Shown: positions 1 to 9,683 of the stretch, in pieces
How positions within the stretch are numbered: position 1 is the first letter of the stretch
Layout: each line of letters begins with the position of its first letter
NCBI GenBank assembly: GCA_043807425.1
Contig: JAZDFZ010000079.1
Coordinates: 4,301 to 68,300, forward strand
Direction of reading: 5' to 3'
Length of the DNA stretch: 64,000 nt
Source of the DNA: Actinomycetota bacterium
Lineage (GTDB): Bacteria; Actinomycetota; Geothermincolia; Fen-727; Anoxymicrobiaceae
Notes under the pieces: model-generated
Seen by the model: only the letters and a program-made list of their open reading frames with translations
Told to the model about the DNA's origin: nothing
Database searches by the model: none
Made by a program: the position numbers and the translations under genes

Positions 1-27
1 CTCTCTCGCCTTGCCCGGGACCCCAGG

Positions 28-696
28 GTGACCGTGCGCAGGATGGCCTACCGGGCGCTGGGCCGAGGGGGCAGGAACCTCGCGGCGAACGAGGACCTCT
101 TCCGCGAGGGGGACATCCACTACATCGCCGGTGCCGACGAGGCCGGCCGGGGAGCCCTCGCCGGGCCGCTGGCGGCCGCCGCCGTGGTCTTCGAGCCGGG
201 GTTCGTCATCAAGGGCGTCAAGGACTCCAAGATGCTGACCCCGGATCAGAGGGAGGAGATCTACGAGGTCATAGTGACACGCGCCCGGCGGGTCGCGGTG
301 GTTTTCATCGACTCGGGGACCATCGACTCCTGGGGGCTTCAGCGGGTCAACATAACGGCACTCGAAAACGCCGTCCTCGCGCTGGAGGACGACTGCCATT
401 TTGCCATCTGCGACCACTTCAAGCTCGCTGGCCTGCCCGTTCCGTCATGCGGGATACCGAAGGCCGACGAGATCTTCCACTCGGTGGCCGCAGCGAGCAT
501 AGTGGCGAAGGTGGAGCGTGACAGGGTGATGCGCTCCCTGGACCGACGCTTCCCCTCGTACAACTTCGTGCAGAACAAGGGGTACGCGACCGGGGAGCAC
601 CTCTCGGCGCTGGCATCTTACGGACCGTGCAAGGTGCACAGGCGCTCCTTCTCCGGGGTGTTGCCCGACGACGAGATCCCCCTGTGGGAGATGTGA
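28..696 (+). CDS. rnhB: Ribonuclease HII
   Basis: 222-aa ORF. Carries the catalytic motif GADEAGRGALAGPL near the N-terminus and a C-terminal VAAASIVAKVERD block, both typical of RNase HII. GTG start, exact start uncertain. Confidence 0.9.
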   Translation: MTVRRMAYRALGRGGRNLAANEDLFREGDIHYIAGADEAGRGALAGPLAAAAVVFEPGFVIKGVKDSKMLTPDQREEIYEVIVTRARRVAVVFIDSGTIDSWGLQRVNITALENAVLALEDDCHFAICDHFKLAGLPVPSCGIPKADEIFHSVAAASIVAKVERDRVMRSLDRRFPSYNFVQNKGYATGEHLSALASYGPCKVHRRSFSGVLPDDEIPLWEM

Positions 697-697
697 T

Positions 698-1051
698 TTG
701 GACCGACGGGAGCTTGGCCGCTACGGGGAAGAGGCGGCCTGCGCTCACCTGGAGGACGGCGGCTACACCATAATCGAGCGCAACTGGAGGACCCGAACCG
801 GAGAGCTCGATATCATCGCGGCAAAGGGGGGGACCACCGTGTTCGTGGAGGTCAAGTCGCGCAGCGGCACCGCTTTCGGCGAGCCCGAGGAGGCCGTCAC
901 CCCTCTCAAGGTCAGGCGCATCAGAGCCCTGGCCGCCCAGTACCTCGCCTCGTCCGAGAGGCACGGTGAGGTCCGCTTCGACGTGATCGGCGTGCTGGTG
1001 GACCCGGCCGGCGGCCCGGTAGAGCTGCGGCACCTAGAGCAGGCGTTCTAA
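698..1051 (+). CDS. YraN-family (UPF0102) endonuclease-like protein
   Basis: 117-aa ORF with the family pattern G..GE..A..yL...Gy.I.erNwR...GELDIIA....tvvFVEVK.R. Starts 2 nt after the rnhB stop, as in other actinobacteria. Confidence 0.85.
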   Translation: MDRRELGRYGEEAACAHLEDGGYTIIERNWRTRTGELDIIAAKGGTTVFVEVKSRSGTAFGEPEEAVTPLKVRRIRALAAQYLASSERHGEVRFDVIGVLVDPAGGPVELRHLEQAF

Positions 1052-1063
1052 GGAGCCCACCCG

Positions 1064-2980
1064 GTGAACCGCGCCCCCGGCGACCTGCCAAAAAGGACGA
1101 GGAAGCCCATCTTCCGCGACCCCGAACCGCCAACCACGGTCACGGCAGGTGCGGGCGGGGTCTTCGACAACGAGCGGGGCGACACGGACTACCTGCCCCC
1201 CGTCACCGTCCGTGAGAAGCGCCGTCCGGCCGGCGGACGTTTCCTGGTCGGGCTCCTGGTGATACTGCTCTTCTTCGCCGTGCTCTCGGTTGTGATGACC
1301 AGGCCGGTGCTCACCACAGCCGCGGACCACACCTGCCGGGACCCCTACGACCCGACGTTCCAGGCCTGGACGCTGGACTGGGACCTGCGCGCTCTCGGCT
1401 CCAACCCGCTCGACCTCTTCAACGCGAACATCTTCTTCCCAAATGAGCACACCCTTGCCTTCTCCGACCACCAGGTGGTCAACGCCGTCATCGCCGCCCC
1501 GGCGATCGCGTGGACGAACAACCCCGTTCAAGCACAGAACTACATGGTCATCTTCGCCTTCCTGCTGTGCGCGGTGGGAGCGTTCGCCCTGACCACCCAC
1601 CTGACCGGCAACAGGCTCGCGGGCGTCGTGGCGGGGGTCGCCTTCGCCTTCTCGCCCCCCCGCCTCTCACACGTCGTGCACCTGAACATCCTCAGCGCGG
1701 GCTGGATACCGCTCTGCCTGCTGTTCATGCACCGCTACAGCGAGAAGAAACGGGTCCTGGACGCCGCGCTGGCCGCCCTCTTCTTCACGCTGCAGGTGCT
1801 CACGACCTGGTACTACGGGATGATCCTGGCGGTGGCGCTGCTGGTCTTCCTCGTGGTAAGGCTGCTCTGGAATCACCGGCAGTTCACGCTGAAGTGGACG
1901 GTGATACTCCTGGCGGCCTTCATGGTCGCCGGTGTGTTGATCACCCCCTTCACGATCCCGTACCTGAAGGTCCAGAAGAGCGACCCCCGCTTCGTGCGTA
2001 ACATCGACGAGGTGGACATGTTCAGCGCCGACATCACCGACTTCGTCACGGCGCCGACGGAGAACCTGCTCTGGGGGAAGCTGACGGCGGGGATCCGCGA
2101 GAACACAATGGACCGGGGAGGCCCCACCGAGCGCACGCTGTTCCCGGGGCTCCTGCCGCTGCTGCTCGGGCTCACCGGTGCCGTGCTGCTGTTCGTGCGG
2201 GGCAGGGGCGAGGACCGTTTCTGCGTACGTTACTACGTGACGCTGATGGCCCTCGGCTTCGTGCTCTGCCTGGGGACCTCCATCTACCTGTTCGGGCGCC
2301 GCGTGGGATTCCCAATGCCCTACGAGCTCTTCTACCATCTTTTCCCCGGGTTCAAGGTCATGCGGGTGGCGACCCGCTTCGTCTCGCTCATCGGCCTCTC
2401 GCTGGCGGTCCTCTCGGGCTTCGCGGTGAGGGACATCCTTCTAGCGGTGGGTAAGAAGCGCACCTGGCTGGCGGGGCTGCTGGGGCTGCTGATAGTGACT
2501 CTGCTGGTTTGTGACCTGATGTCGGCCAGCATCCCCATGTTCCCGGTCAAGACCAAGGACGAGTTCGCCCCGGTGTACGGCTGGCTGAAGGAGAGGAGCG
2601 GTGAGGCGCCCACCGTTGAGCTGCCGCTGGCCGACTACCATCCGGACACGTTCAAGTGGGGGTTGCAGTACGAGGAGACGTGGGTGGGCCGCGAGCCGCT
2701 GCGGACCTACTACTCGATTCTGCACTGGAAGAAGCTGTTCAACGGCTACTCCAGCTTCATCCCCACCTCGTACTACGAGGGGGTCTACGCGACCCGCGAC
2801 TTCCCCTCCGAGGAGGCGATCGCCTTCTTCAGGAAAGAGGGAATCGAGTATGTCGTCATCCACACCGCCGAGTACGATCCCCTCAAGCGCCTCCTGGTGC
2901 TGGACTGGATGTCGAAGCGGACCGACGTCCCGCAGGTCGCCGCCTTCGGCCCCGACCACGTGTACCGGCTGACCCGCTGA
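1064..2980 (+). CDS. Polytopic membrane protein, possible GT-C-type glycosyltransferase (function uncertain)
   Basis: 638-aa ORF with more than 10 hydrophobic segments. Has an N-terminal luminal-loop-like motif (DPYDPTFQAWTLDW...LFNANIFFP) and a soluble C-terminal domain. The family assignment comes from pattern memory only. Confidence 0.5.
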   Translation: MNRAPGDLPKRTRKPIFRDPEPPTTVTAGAGGVFDNERGDTDYLPPVTVREKRRPAGGRFLVGLLVILLFFAVLSVVMTRPVLTTAADHTCRDPYDPTFQAWTLDWDLRALGSNPLDLFNANIFFPNEHTLAFSDHQVVNAVIAAPAIAWTNNPVQAQNYMVIFAFLLCAVGAFALTTHLTGNRLAGVVAGVAFAFSPPRLSHVVHLNILSAGWIPLCLLFMHRYSEKKRVLDAALAALFFTLQVLTTWYYGMILAVALLVFLVVRLLWNHRQFTLKWTVILLAAFMVAGVLITPFTIPYLKVQKSDPRFVRNIDEVDMFSADITDFVTAPTENLLWGKLTAGIRENTMDRGGPTERTLFPGLLPLLLGLTGAVLLFVRGRGEDRFCVRYYVTLMALGFVLCLGTSIYLFGRRVGFPMPYELFYHLFPGFKVMRVATRFVSLIGLSLAVLSGFAVRDILLAVGKKRTWLAGLLGLLIVTLLVCDLMSASIPMFPVKTKDEFAPVYGWLKERSGEAPTVELPLADYHPDTFKWGLQYEETWVGREPLRTYYSILHWKKLFNGYSSFIPTSYYEGVYATRDFPSEEAIAFFRKEGIEYVVIHTAEYDPLKRLLVLDWMSKRTDVPQVAAFGPDHVYRLTR

Positions 2981-2992
2981 TACCCGGGGACT

Positions 2993-3265
2993 CTAGCCGT
3001 ACTTGACTACGATTCCCGTACCCGAGTCGGGGAAATCGAAGCTGATGGCGCCGCTCGTACAGACCTGCCAGCAGGCGCCGCACTCCAGGCAGCGCTCGCG
3101 ATAATCAGCGGCCAGGACCGCCCTGCCCTCGCGCACCTTCCAGAGGAAGACCGGGCACACGATCACGCAGTCGGCGCACCCGGTACACTCCCCGGCGTCC
3201 ACCGACATGAAATCCCGGGAGGGCACCACCTTGTGGACCAGCCCCGCGAACTCCTCGGTCTTCAT
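2993..3265 (-). CDS. fixX: FixX-type ferredoxin-like protein
   Basis: 90-aa ORF with CTGCADCVIVCP and CLECGACWQVC cysteine clusters and the C-terminal SFDFPDSGTGIVVKYG end typical of FixX. Overlaps the upstream FixC-like gene by 4 nt. Confidence 0.8.
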   Translation of the reverse strand: MKTEEFAGLVHKVVPSRDFMSVDAGECTGCADCVIVCPVFLWKVREGRAVLAADYRERCLECGACWQVCTSGAISFDFPDSGTGIVVKYG

Positions 3266-4755
3266 CCTCGCTCGACCTCCTCGAGTGTGCTGATACGTTC
3301 CTCGGCGTACGGGGTGAGGAAGTGCTCCGCCAGCAGTGGGCCTGCGTACTCGCCGTAGGCGCTCCTGGGCCGCCGGGCTGCGAACCTGGCCAGTGGCGGC
3401 AGGATGCGCGGGAGGGCCTTCTGCATGAGGCGCACCAGGCCGGGCCGGGCGGGCCGTCGGGGCTGCTCGACCATCCTGGCCGACAGCGGGAGCAGGTCCT
3501 CCTTCAGCTCGCGTGCCAGCTCAGGTAAGTAAGGAAGCAGCAGGCGCGGCAGGTTCCTGGCGCTCGCCGTATGCGATTCGGCGACGTTGAGCAGCCCGAA
3601 AGCGGCGTCGTTGAGCATCGGTATCACCCAGCGCCCGGCCTCGGGATTGAAGCCTATCCCCCTGACGAACCCGTCAATGGCCTCCCCGCCCACGAACTCC
3701 TCGCCGACGGGTGAGTCCCGCCAGGCGCTCTCGTAGCGGCTCAGGAAGCCCCTGGAGACGTCTCCCGAGGACAGCGCTTCGGCGGCCACCTTCCCGGCGA
3801 GCATGCCCGAGTACATGGCGTAGTAGACCCCCTCTGCCTCGAACGGGCAGGCAAATCCCGCCGCGTCTCCCACCAGCAGCACAGAGTCGCCATAGGTCGT
3901 GGCGGGATTGGTTAAAAAGGTCACCATGTGGTTCTGAAACTCGCGGGCGACACCCCTGCACTGCCTTATCTGGCGCCGGACCCCCTCTATCTCGAACATC
4001 CGGTTGAGGTAGTAGTGCGGGCTCTTCTTCCACCAGGACACGTAGTTGCCCAGGCCGACGTGGAACCCTTCGGCCGAGAAGAAGCTGTAGCCGACCGGGA
4101 ACACCGAGGAGTACCAGTAGTGCAGCGCGTTCCCCCCGATCACCTCGTCAATGTCCGCTCGGGCCGCGCCGAAATCTATGTTTATGATCATGGCGACCTC
4201 GGACGGGTCCCACTTCTCCCGGATGCCGGCCGTCCGGGCGACCGTGGAGATGACCCCGTCGGCCCCGATGATGATGTCGCCGGCGATGGTCTCGCCCGAG
4301 TCGGTGCGCACCCCGGTGATCCTCCCCGCGTCGTCCTTCACCACGCAGCTGATTCTGGTCGAGGTCCTGGTCTCCGCCCCGGCGTCGGCCGCCAGGCCGA
4401 ACAGCCAGGGGTCCAACTCGCTGCGGTAGACGTTCACGGTCAGGAACTCGCGGGCCTCGGGGTAGGCCGCCCGCTCTGACGGTGTGAAGCTGAAGGACAG
4501 CTTCTCGACGTTCTCGTCGTCGGAGAGGTGCAGCGTGGCCATGGTCGCAACCCTCTCGTGCGGCAACTTCATCTCTTTCATGAACTCGAAGTCCCGAAAG
4601 CACTTGGGGCTCAAGCCGGTGCCGGAGACGTTCTTCTCCCCGGGTCTCGTACCGCGCTCGAGCACGATGGTCTTCAGCCCCAGCCCCGCCGCGGTCATCG
4701 CGGCGACCGAACCACCGGGCCCCCCTCCGACCACTATGACGTCGTACTTCTCCAT
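3262..4755 (-). CDS. fixC: FAD-dependent oxidoreductase, FixC / geranylgeranyl-reductase family
   Basis: 497-aa ORF with the N-terminal dinucleotide fold YDVIVVGGGPGGSVAA. Paired with fixX. GGAGGA lies upstream of the ATG. Has a C-terminal extension relative to typical FixC. Confidence 0.75.
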   Translation of the reverse strand: MEKYDVIVVGGGPGGSVAAMTAAGLGLKTIVLERGTRPGEKNVSGTGLSPKCFRDFEFMKEMKLPHERVATMATLHLSDDENVEKLSFSFTPSERAAYPEAREFLTVNVYRSELDPWLFGLAADAGAETRTSTRISCVVKDDAGRITGVRTDSGETIAGDIIIGADGVISTVARTAGIREKWDPSEVAMIINIDFGAARADIDEVIGGNALHYWYSSVFPVGYSFFSAEGFHVGLGNYVSWWKKSPHYYLNRMFEIEGVRRQIRQCRGVAREFQNHMVTFLTNPATTYGDSVLLVGDAAGFACPFEAEGVYYAMYSGMLAGKVAAEALSSGDVSRGFLSRYESAWRDSPVGEEFVGGEAIDGFVRGIGFNPEAGRWVIPMLNDAAFGLLNVAESHTASARNLPRLLLPYLPELARELKEDLLPLSARMVEQPRRPARPGLVRLMQKALPRILPPLARFAARRPRSAYGEYAGPLLAEHFLTPYAEERISTLEEVERG

Positions 4756-4901
4756 GTGCGTATCCTCCGTCCCATCGCGCAGACCCCTGGAGTCTATAAC
4801 AATCGTCCGGAATGTCTAGTGCCGGGGTGTGTTAACAGTCCGACTGATCGGTCGAATTGGGATTGCGCGGTCCGACACGACGCCGCAGGCGTCACGCCCG
4901 C

Positions 4902-4930
4902 TTGCCCGTCCAGGCCGGTCCGCATATAAT
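4902..4930 (+). promoter_or_regulatory. Candidate sigma-70-type promoter for the vapBC pair
   Basis: TTGCCC (4902-4907), a 17-nt spacer, then TATAAT (4925-4930). Sits in a lower-GC spacer 42 nt upstream of the antitoxin ORF. Confidence 0.4.
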
Positions 4931-4971
4931 GCTTGTATTGGTAGTACTGGACAGGAAGGGCTCCGGATAGT

Positions 4972-5295
4972 ATGATTCAAATGCGAGTCAAAATGACTCA
5001 TATACCGAATCACCTGGAGGAGACGGTGAAGCAGTACACGATACGGGGACTGCCCCTGGAGATCGAGAAGATGGTCCATGAAGAGGCTCGGAAGACTGGG
5101 CTGAGCGTGAACAAGGCCTTTGTCTCGTTGCTCGACAAGGCACTTTCGCGCGAAGCGCCCGCGGGTGGGCGGAAGGTCCACGACGACCTCGACACGCTCT
5201 TCGGGGTCTGGGATGAAGCCGAGTTCCGGACGTTCGAGCGCGAGCTCGAGTTCCAGAGAAAGGTGGACGAGGAGCTGTGGCAACGAGAGCGGTGA
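4972..5295 (+). CDS. vapB: Ribbon-helix-helix antitoxin (FitA/VapB-like)
   Basis: 107-aa ORF. The segment YTIRGLPLEIEKMVHEEARKTGLSVNKAFVSLLDKAL fits an RHH fold of the FitA type. Its stop overlaps the PIN gene start. The start codon is ambiguous among the ATGs at 4972, 4981 and 4993. Confidence 0.65.
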   Translation: MIQMRVKMTHIPNHLEETVKQYTIRGLPLEIEKMVHEEARKTGLSVNKAFVSLLDKALSREAPAGGRKVHDDLDTLFGVWDEAEFRTFERELEFQRKVDEELWQRER

Positions 5296-5690
5296 TGCTG
5301 GATACCTCCGCGGTCTCCGCGTTCTTCCGTGGCAATCTCGCTGTGAAGGAACGCATGGATACCGCCGACATCCTGGAGCTGAACCCTGTGGTCCTGGGGG
5401 AGCTGCTCGCAGGGTTCATGATGGGGACCGCCGAACGCGTGAACAGGGAGCTGCTCGATCAATTCGTGGCATCTCCGCGGGTCGAGATCGTCCGTATCGA
5501 TGAGGAGACCGGCGAGAGGTACGCCGCGATCTTCGGCTCCCTGCGGAAGGCCGGCACCCCCATACCGACGAACGATATCTGGATTGCAGCATGTGCCATG
5601 CAGCGCGGCTCCGTCCTTCTCACGGCGGATTCGCACTTCCTGAATGTACCGCAGATTCTCACTGAACTGTTTGAAACCCGGCCGCCGTGA
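5295..5690 (+). CDS. vapC: PIN-domain toxin VapC
   Basis: N-terminal MLDTSAV with the first PIN acidic residue. Ends with the C-terminal ...NDIWIAACAMQRGSVLLTADSHF motif. The TGATG overlap with the antitoxin stop is typical; the tracked ORF begins at 5277 (GTG). Confidence 0.8.
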   Translation: MLDTSAVSAFFRGNLAVKERMDTADILELNPVVLGELLAGFMMGTAERVNRELLDQFVASPRVEIVRIDEETGERYAAIFGSLRKAGTPIPTNDIWIAACAMQRGSVLLTADSHFLNVPQILTELFETRPP

Positions 5691-5740
5691 CCGATCGCGC
5701 GTCCCGCGCCGGGACCTCCCCTCGCGCCGTGACCGTTTGC

Positions 5741-5769
5741 TTGTCACTTCCGCTTGATATGCTTATAAT
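5741..5769 (+). promoter_or_regulatory. Candidate sigma-70-type promoter for comM-dprA
   Basis: TTGTCA (5741-5746), a 17-nt spacer, then TATAAT (5764-5769), 45 nt upstream of the comM TTG start. Confidence 0.4.
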
Positions 5770-5813
5770 ATGATTGTACTGCTGGTCCCCTCTCCGCTGA
5801 CGTAGGAGTCTCA

Positions 5814-7355
5814 TTGCTATCGAGGATCTGTACCGCCGCACTGGTGGGCCTGGACGCGCATACAGTCGTGGTGGAGGTCGACATCCCCGGCCGCGGCCTT
5901 CCCGGCATCGACATCGTGGGCCTGCCCGACGCCGGCCTCAAGGAGTCACGCATGCGGGTACGGTCCGCCATCCGCAACTCGTTCTTCGAGTTCCCCAGGA
6001 CCAAGGTCAACGTGAACCTCGCGCCGGCGAACGTGCGCAAGGAGGGTCCGGGCTTCGACCTGCCGCTGGCCCTGGCCATCCTCACCGCGTCCAGGCAGGT
6101 ACCGGGCGTGAACGGGCGGCGATTCCTGGCCGCGGGGGAACTTTCCCTGGACGGGCTGGTCCGCGAGGTGCCGGGCGCGCTCAGCGTGGCGCTCGGGGCA
6201 CGAGAGTCGGGCTTCGACTTCGTACTGTTGCCGAAGGGCAACACCTCGGAGGCCGCACTGGTCCCCGATATCGAGGTGTTCGGGGTCTCCTCGCTCCAGG
6301 AGGCGGCGGCGTTCCTGGCCGGCGAACTCGAGCTCGAGCCCGCCAGGCCGGCGATGGTCGTCCGGCGCGAGGACGAGGCGCTGTGCGAGGATCTCGGCGA
6401 GGTGCGGGGACAGGAGCCCGCCAAGAGGGCGCTGGAGGTCGCGGCCGCCGGGGGCCACAACCTGCTCATGGTCGGCCCGCCCGGGTCGGGCAAGACCATG
6501 CTGGCCAGGAGGATGCCGGGCATACTCCCTCCGCTCTCGCTCGCCGAGGCCCTGGAGGTGACGCGGGTCCACAGCGTGGCCGGCCTCCTCGGAGCAGGAG
6601 GAGTGCTCATCTCCGAGAGGCCGTTCCGGACGCCACACGGCTCGATTAGCCCGGTCGGCCTGTGCGGGGGCGGGGTGCCAATCCCGAGACCGGGGGAGGT
6701 GTCCCTTGCCCATGGCGGAGTCCTCTACCTGGACGAGATGCCGCTCTTTCAACGCCACGCGCTGGAGTCCCTGCGTGGGCCGGTCGAGGACCGCCAGGTC
6801 ACAATAGTGCGCTCGATGGTCTCGGTGACCTACCCCGCCGCGTTCAGCCTGGTGGCGTCGATGAACCCCTGCCCGTGCGGCCACCTGACCGATCCACAGA
6901 AGGAGTGCCGCTGCTCGCCCGGTGACATACAGAGATACCACGCGCGCATCTCCGGCCCGCTGCTCGACCGCATAGACATCCAGGTCGAGGTGCCGCGGCT
7001 GACCCGCCGCCAGCTGCAGGAGAGGGGTGGGGGCGAGAGCTCCGCCGAGGTCCGGCCCAGGGTCGTGGAGGCGCGACGCCTCCAGGAGGCCAGGTACGGC
7101 GGCACGGGGGTCTTCTGCAACGCCGCTCTGAGCAACTCCCTCATCGAGAAGCACTGCGCCCTGTCGCCGGAGGGCGAACGATTCCTGGGGCTCGCGGTCG
7201 AGAAACTCGGGCTGTCGGCACGCTCATACAGCCGGGTACTGAAGGTCGCGCGGACGATCGCCGACCTGTCCGGCGTCGACAGGCTCGAGGTCGAGCACCT
7301 CGCCGAGGCGGTGCAGTACCGGTGCCTGGAGAGGGTGGGGGTGCTCGCGCGTTGA
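5814..7355 (+). CDS. comM: YifB/ComM family Mg-chelatase-like AAA+ ATPase
   Basis: 513-aa ORF with the N-terminal ComM signature (AALVGLDAHTVVVEVDI) and Walker A GPPGSGKT. The C-terminal part matches the family pattern. TTG start with AGGAG 5 nt upstream. Confidence 0.9.
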   Translation: MLSRICTAALVGLDAHTVVVEVDIPGRGLPGIDIVGLPDAGLKESRMRVRSAIRNSFFEFPRTKVNVNLAPANVRKEGPGFDLPLALAILTASRQVPGVNGRRFLAAGELSLDGLVREVPGALSVALGARESGFDFVLLPKGNTSEAALVPDIEVFGVSSLQEAAAFLAGELELEPARPAMVVRREDEALCEDLGEVRGQEPAKRALEVAAAGGHNLLMVGPPGSGKTMLARRMPGILPPLSLAEALEVTRVHSVAGLLGAGGVLISERPFRTPHGSISPVGLCGGGVPIPRPGEVSLAHGGVLYLDEMPLFQRHALESLRGPVEDRQVTIVRSMVSVTYPAAFSLVASMNPCPCGHLTDPQKECRCSPGDIQRYHARISGPLLDRIDIQVEVPRLTRRQLQERGGGESSAEVRPRVVEARRLQEARYGGTGVFCNAALSNSLIEKHCALSPEGERFLGLAVEKLGLSARSYSRVLKVARTIADLSGVDRLEVEHLAEAVQYRCLERVGVLAR

Positions 7356-8485
7356 GCGGGCCGGGCGCCCCCGCGGACCCCAATCCGTTTCTTGTTCCCG
7401 AGAAGTCGGAGCTACTCGCCATGCTCGTGCTCGAGGGCATGACGACGCGCAGGGCCTCGAGCCTGCTGTCGGTCTACGGCTCCCCGGCCCAGGCCTGGCA
7501 TGCCGTGCGTTCGGGTGGGCTGCGCGACCCGGCCCTGCAGGCGTTCTCGTCCGGGTGGGCGTCGGCCGCTCGCGGGGTCGATCCCGGGGGCCTCCTTGCG
7601 TCGCTCGAATCGGGCGGAACGCGGTTCCTCGCTCGTGGCGAGCCCGGCTATCCCACCCTGCTGAGGGCGATAGAGGACCCGCCGCTGGGGCTCTTCTGCA
7701 GGGGAACACCGCCGCCCGGGGACGCGACGCTGGTGGCGGTCGTGGGCGCGCGCAAGGCGTCGCCTTACGGCCTGGAGGTCGCCCGTTGGCTTTCCGCCGA
7801 GCTGGCGCGGGCGGGGGTGGGGATCGTCAGCGGAGCCGCCTACGGCATCGACTCCGCGGCGCACGAGTCCGCCCTGGACGCGGCGGGTTACTCCTGCGCG
7901 GTGCTCGGTTGCGGGATCGACGTGGTGTACCCGCGCTCTCAGGCGGGGCTCTACAGGAGGCTGGAGGCCGCCGGCTGCATCCTGTCGGAGTACCCGCCGG
8001 GAGTCCACCCGGCAAAGGAGCGGTTCCCCGCACGCAACAGGATAATCGCGGGCATGACCCCCGGCGTCGTCGTGGTCGAGGCCTCAGGCTCGAGCGGCGC
8101 GCTGATAACCGCCCGGTTCGCCCTCGACGGCGGCCGCGAGGTGATGGCGGTGCCCGGCCAGGTGCTTTCGGACAACAGCGCCGGCACCAATGCCCTGATA
8201 AGGGAGGGGGCGGTCGCGATCACAAGTCCCGAGGACGTGCTGGAGGGGCTGGGGCTGGACAGGCTCTTCAAGCCGGACAGGACGGCGGGCGAGCACATGG
8301 CCCCTGCGGGTCCCGAGCAGGCAGCCGTCCTCCGCGCGCTGGAGCGAGGCTTCTGCGACGTCGAGGACCTGGTGCGCAGCGTGGGCTTGAGCGCGGGCCG
8401 GACACTCTCGCTGCTGGCCGCCATGGAGGTCGAGGGACTGGTGGTCAGGGGCAGGGGAGGCCGGTACCAGGTTGGGCCGCGTTAG
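7322..8485 (+). CDS. dprA: DNA-processing protein DprA (Smf)
   Basis: Rossmann-like DprA core (VVGARKASPYG...IVSGAAYGIDSAAHESAL...RNRIIAG). The start may instead be the TTG at 7352, which overlaps the comM stop. Confidence 0.9.
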   Translation: MPGEGGGARALSGPGAPADPNPFLVPEKSELLAMLVLEGMTTRRASSLLSVYGSPAQAWHAVRSGGLRDPALQAFSSGWASAARGVDPGGLLASLESGGTRFLARGEPGYPTLLRAIEDPPLGLFCRGTPPPGDATLVAVVGARKASPYGLEVARWLSAELARAGVGIVSGAAYGIDSAAHESALDAAGYSCAVLGCGIDVVYPRSQAGLYRRLEAAGCILSEYPPGVHPAKERFPARNRIIAGMTPGVVVVEASGSSGALITARFALDGGREVMAVPGQVLSDNSAGTNALIREGAVAITSPEDVLEGLGLDRLFKPDRTAGEHMAPAGPEQAAVLRALERGFCDVEDLVRSVGLSAGRTLSLLAAMEVEGLVVRGRGGRYQVGPR

Positions 8486-8765
8486 GCCGGGCCAGCATGC
8501 CACATCGAGACCAACACGCTATGGTTATCGTTCCCCGCAACTACAGACTTGTCCGCGGTTGCCTCGTTCAATCACATTAGTTGACAGTACTATAAGGTAT
8601 TATAATATAATACAACTATACAACAGATAATCCGCCGGGGGAGGTCTAACTCGTTCTCCGCGGCGGTCTGCGGTGGTTCCCATTTCAAGGGAAAGAAACG
8701 GGCGGGTAGTATATCCAGTTAGGTGGGAGTGTCGTGATGGCGCGGGACAGGGGGTGGCTTTCGGC

Positions 8766-9674
8766 GTGAGCCCAGCGGTCGAGTTCGAGCAGTCGAGCGC
8801 AGCGTTTCTCCGGTACCTGGGCGAGGTGCGAAACCTGTCGCCGAACACCATCGCCGCCTACAGGCGCGACCTCGGCCAGTTCGGCGACTACCTTCGGCGC
8901 GCTGGCATAGAGGACCTCGCCTCGATCGACCACCGGGCCCTGCGTGGCTTCCTTGCGAATCAACAGACGCGCGGCTACTCCAGGACCACGGTGGCCAGGC
9001 GCTGCGCGTGCCTCCGGGCTTTCTTCCGTTTCCTGTCGGAGAAGGGCTTCCTTGCCGGAGACCCGGGCACGACCCTCACCTTCCCCGTGAAGGACCGTCC
9101 CCTGCCGCGTTTCCTGTCCGAGGGTGAGACGGACGAGCTCATCGGCCAGGCTTCCCGGGGCGGGGACCTGCCGTTGCGCGACACCGCTATAATAGAGATG
9201 CTCTACGCCACGGGCATGCGGGTGGGCGAGCTATGCAGCCTCGGGCTCGGCGACGTCGAGACAGGGACCGGCAGCGTAAGGGTGGTGGGCAAGGGCGATC
9301 GCGAGCGCGTCGTCCTGGCGGGCCTCCCGGCGATGGATGCCCTGGGCCGGTACCTGTCCGAGGAGCGTCCGGTCCTGGCCCTCTCCTCGAAGAGGCAGAC
9401 GGACGCGGTCTTCCTCGGCAAGCGCGGAGCACCTATCGACCAGCGCCAGGTGAGGCGGATAGTCGAGAGGTACGCTCTGGCCGGCGTCGGGGAAGGTGTC
9501 AGCCCCCACACCCTGAGGCACAGCTTCGCGACCCACCTGCTGGGCCACGGAGCCGACCTGCGCGCGGTCCAGGAGCTACTGGGGCACCGCAACGTGGCCA
9601 CGACGCAGATATATACACACCTGACAAGGTCCGAGATCAGGGAAGCATATGACAAGAGCCATCCCCGTGCCTGA
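8766..9674 (+). CDS. xerC: Tyrosine recombinase XerC/XerD
   Basis: Core-binding N-domain ([23 protein letters not shown]) and catalytic R..HxxR..Y residues ([33 protein letters not shown]). The open frame extends up to 8673; GTG 8766 was chosen by typical N-terminal length. Confidence 0.85.
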   Translation: MSPAVEFEQSSAAFLRYLGEVRNLSPNTIAAYRRDLGQFGDYLRRAGIEDLASIDHRALRGFLANQQTRGYSRTTVARRCACLRAFFRFLSEKGFLAGDPGTTLTFPVKDRPLPRFLSEGETDELIGQASRGGDLPLRDTAIIEMLYATGMRVGELCSLGLGDVETGTGSVRVVGKGDRERVVLAGLPAMDALGRYLSEERPVLALSSKRQTDAVFLGKRGAPIDQRQVRRIVERYALAGVGEGVSPHTLRHSFATHLLGHGADLRAVQELLGHRNVATTQIYTHLTRSEIREAYDKSHPRA

Positions 9675-9683
9675 GCGGGGGTC

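Noticed and set aside
4767-4777. An 11-mer (ATGGGACGGAG on the minus strand) identical to the right arm of the 10515-10680 element, possibly another copy of that element.
   Set aside because: Only the 11-mer matches. Here it coincides with the GGAGGA ribosome-binding region of the fixC-like gene, and no partner arm is nearby. It is noted under the 10515 finding but is not called a repeat copy.
5814-8485. comM and dprA together with pilB/pilT (61783-64000) as evidence for a natural-competence system.
   Set aside because: comM and dprA are near-universal housekeeping-context genes in actinobacteria. The pilus genes are 54 kb away, and no comEA, comEC or comF genes are in the window. The idea is plausible, but this window does not specifically support it.
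8673-9674. The tyrosine recombinase as a marker of an integrated mobile element, with the AT-rich stretch at 8560-8640 as an att site.
   Set aside because: The gene sits in the conserved dprA-xerC-whiG-rpsB housekeeping context and has the XerC/D-type N-domain. No phage or IS genes or flanking direct repeats were seen. The AT-rich stretch contains a TTGACA box (8583-8588) followed by TATAAT-like sequence at sub-optimal (14-nt) spacing, so it is at most a weak promoter candidate for xerC.
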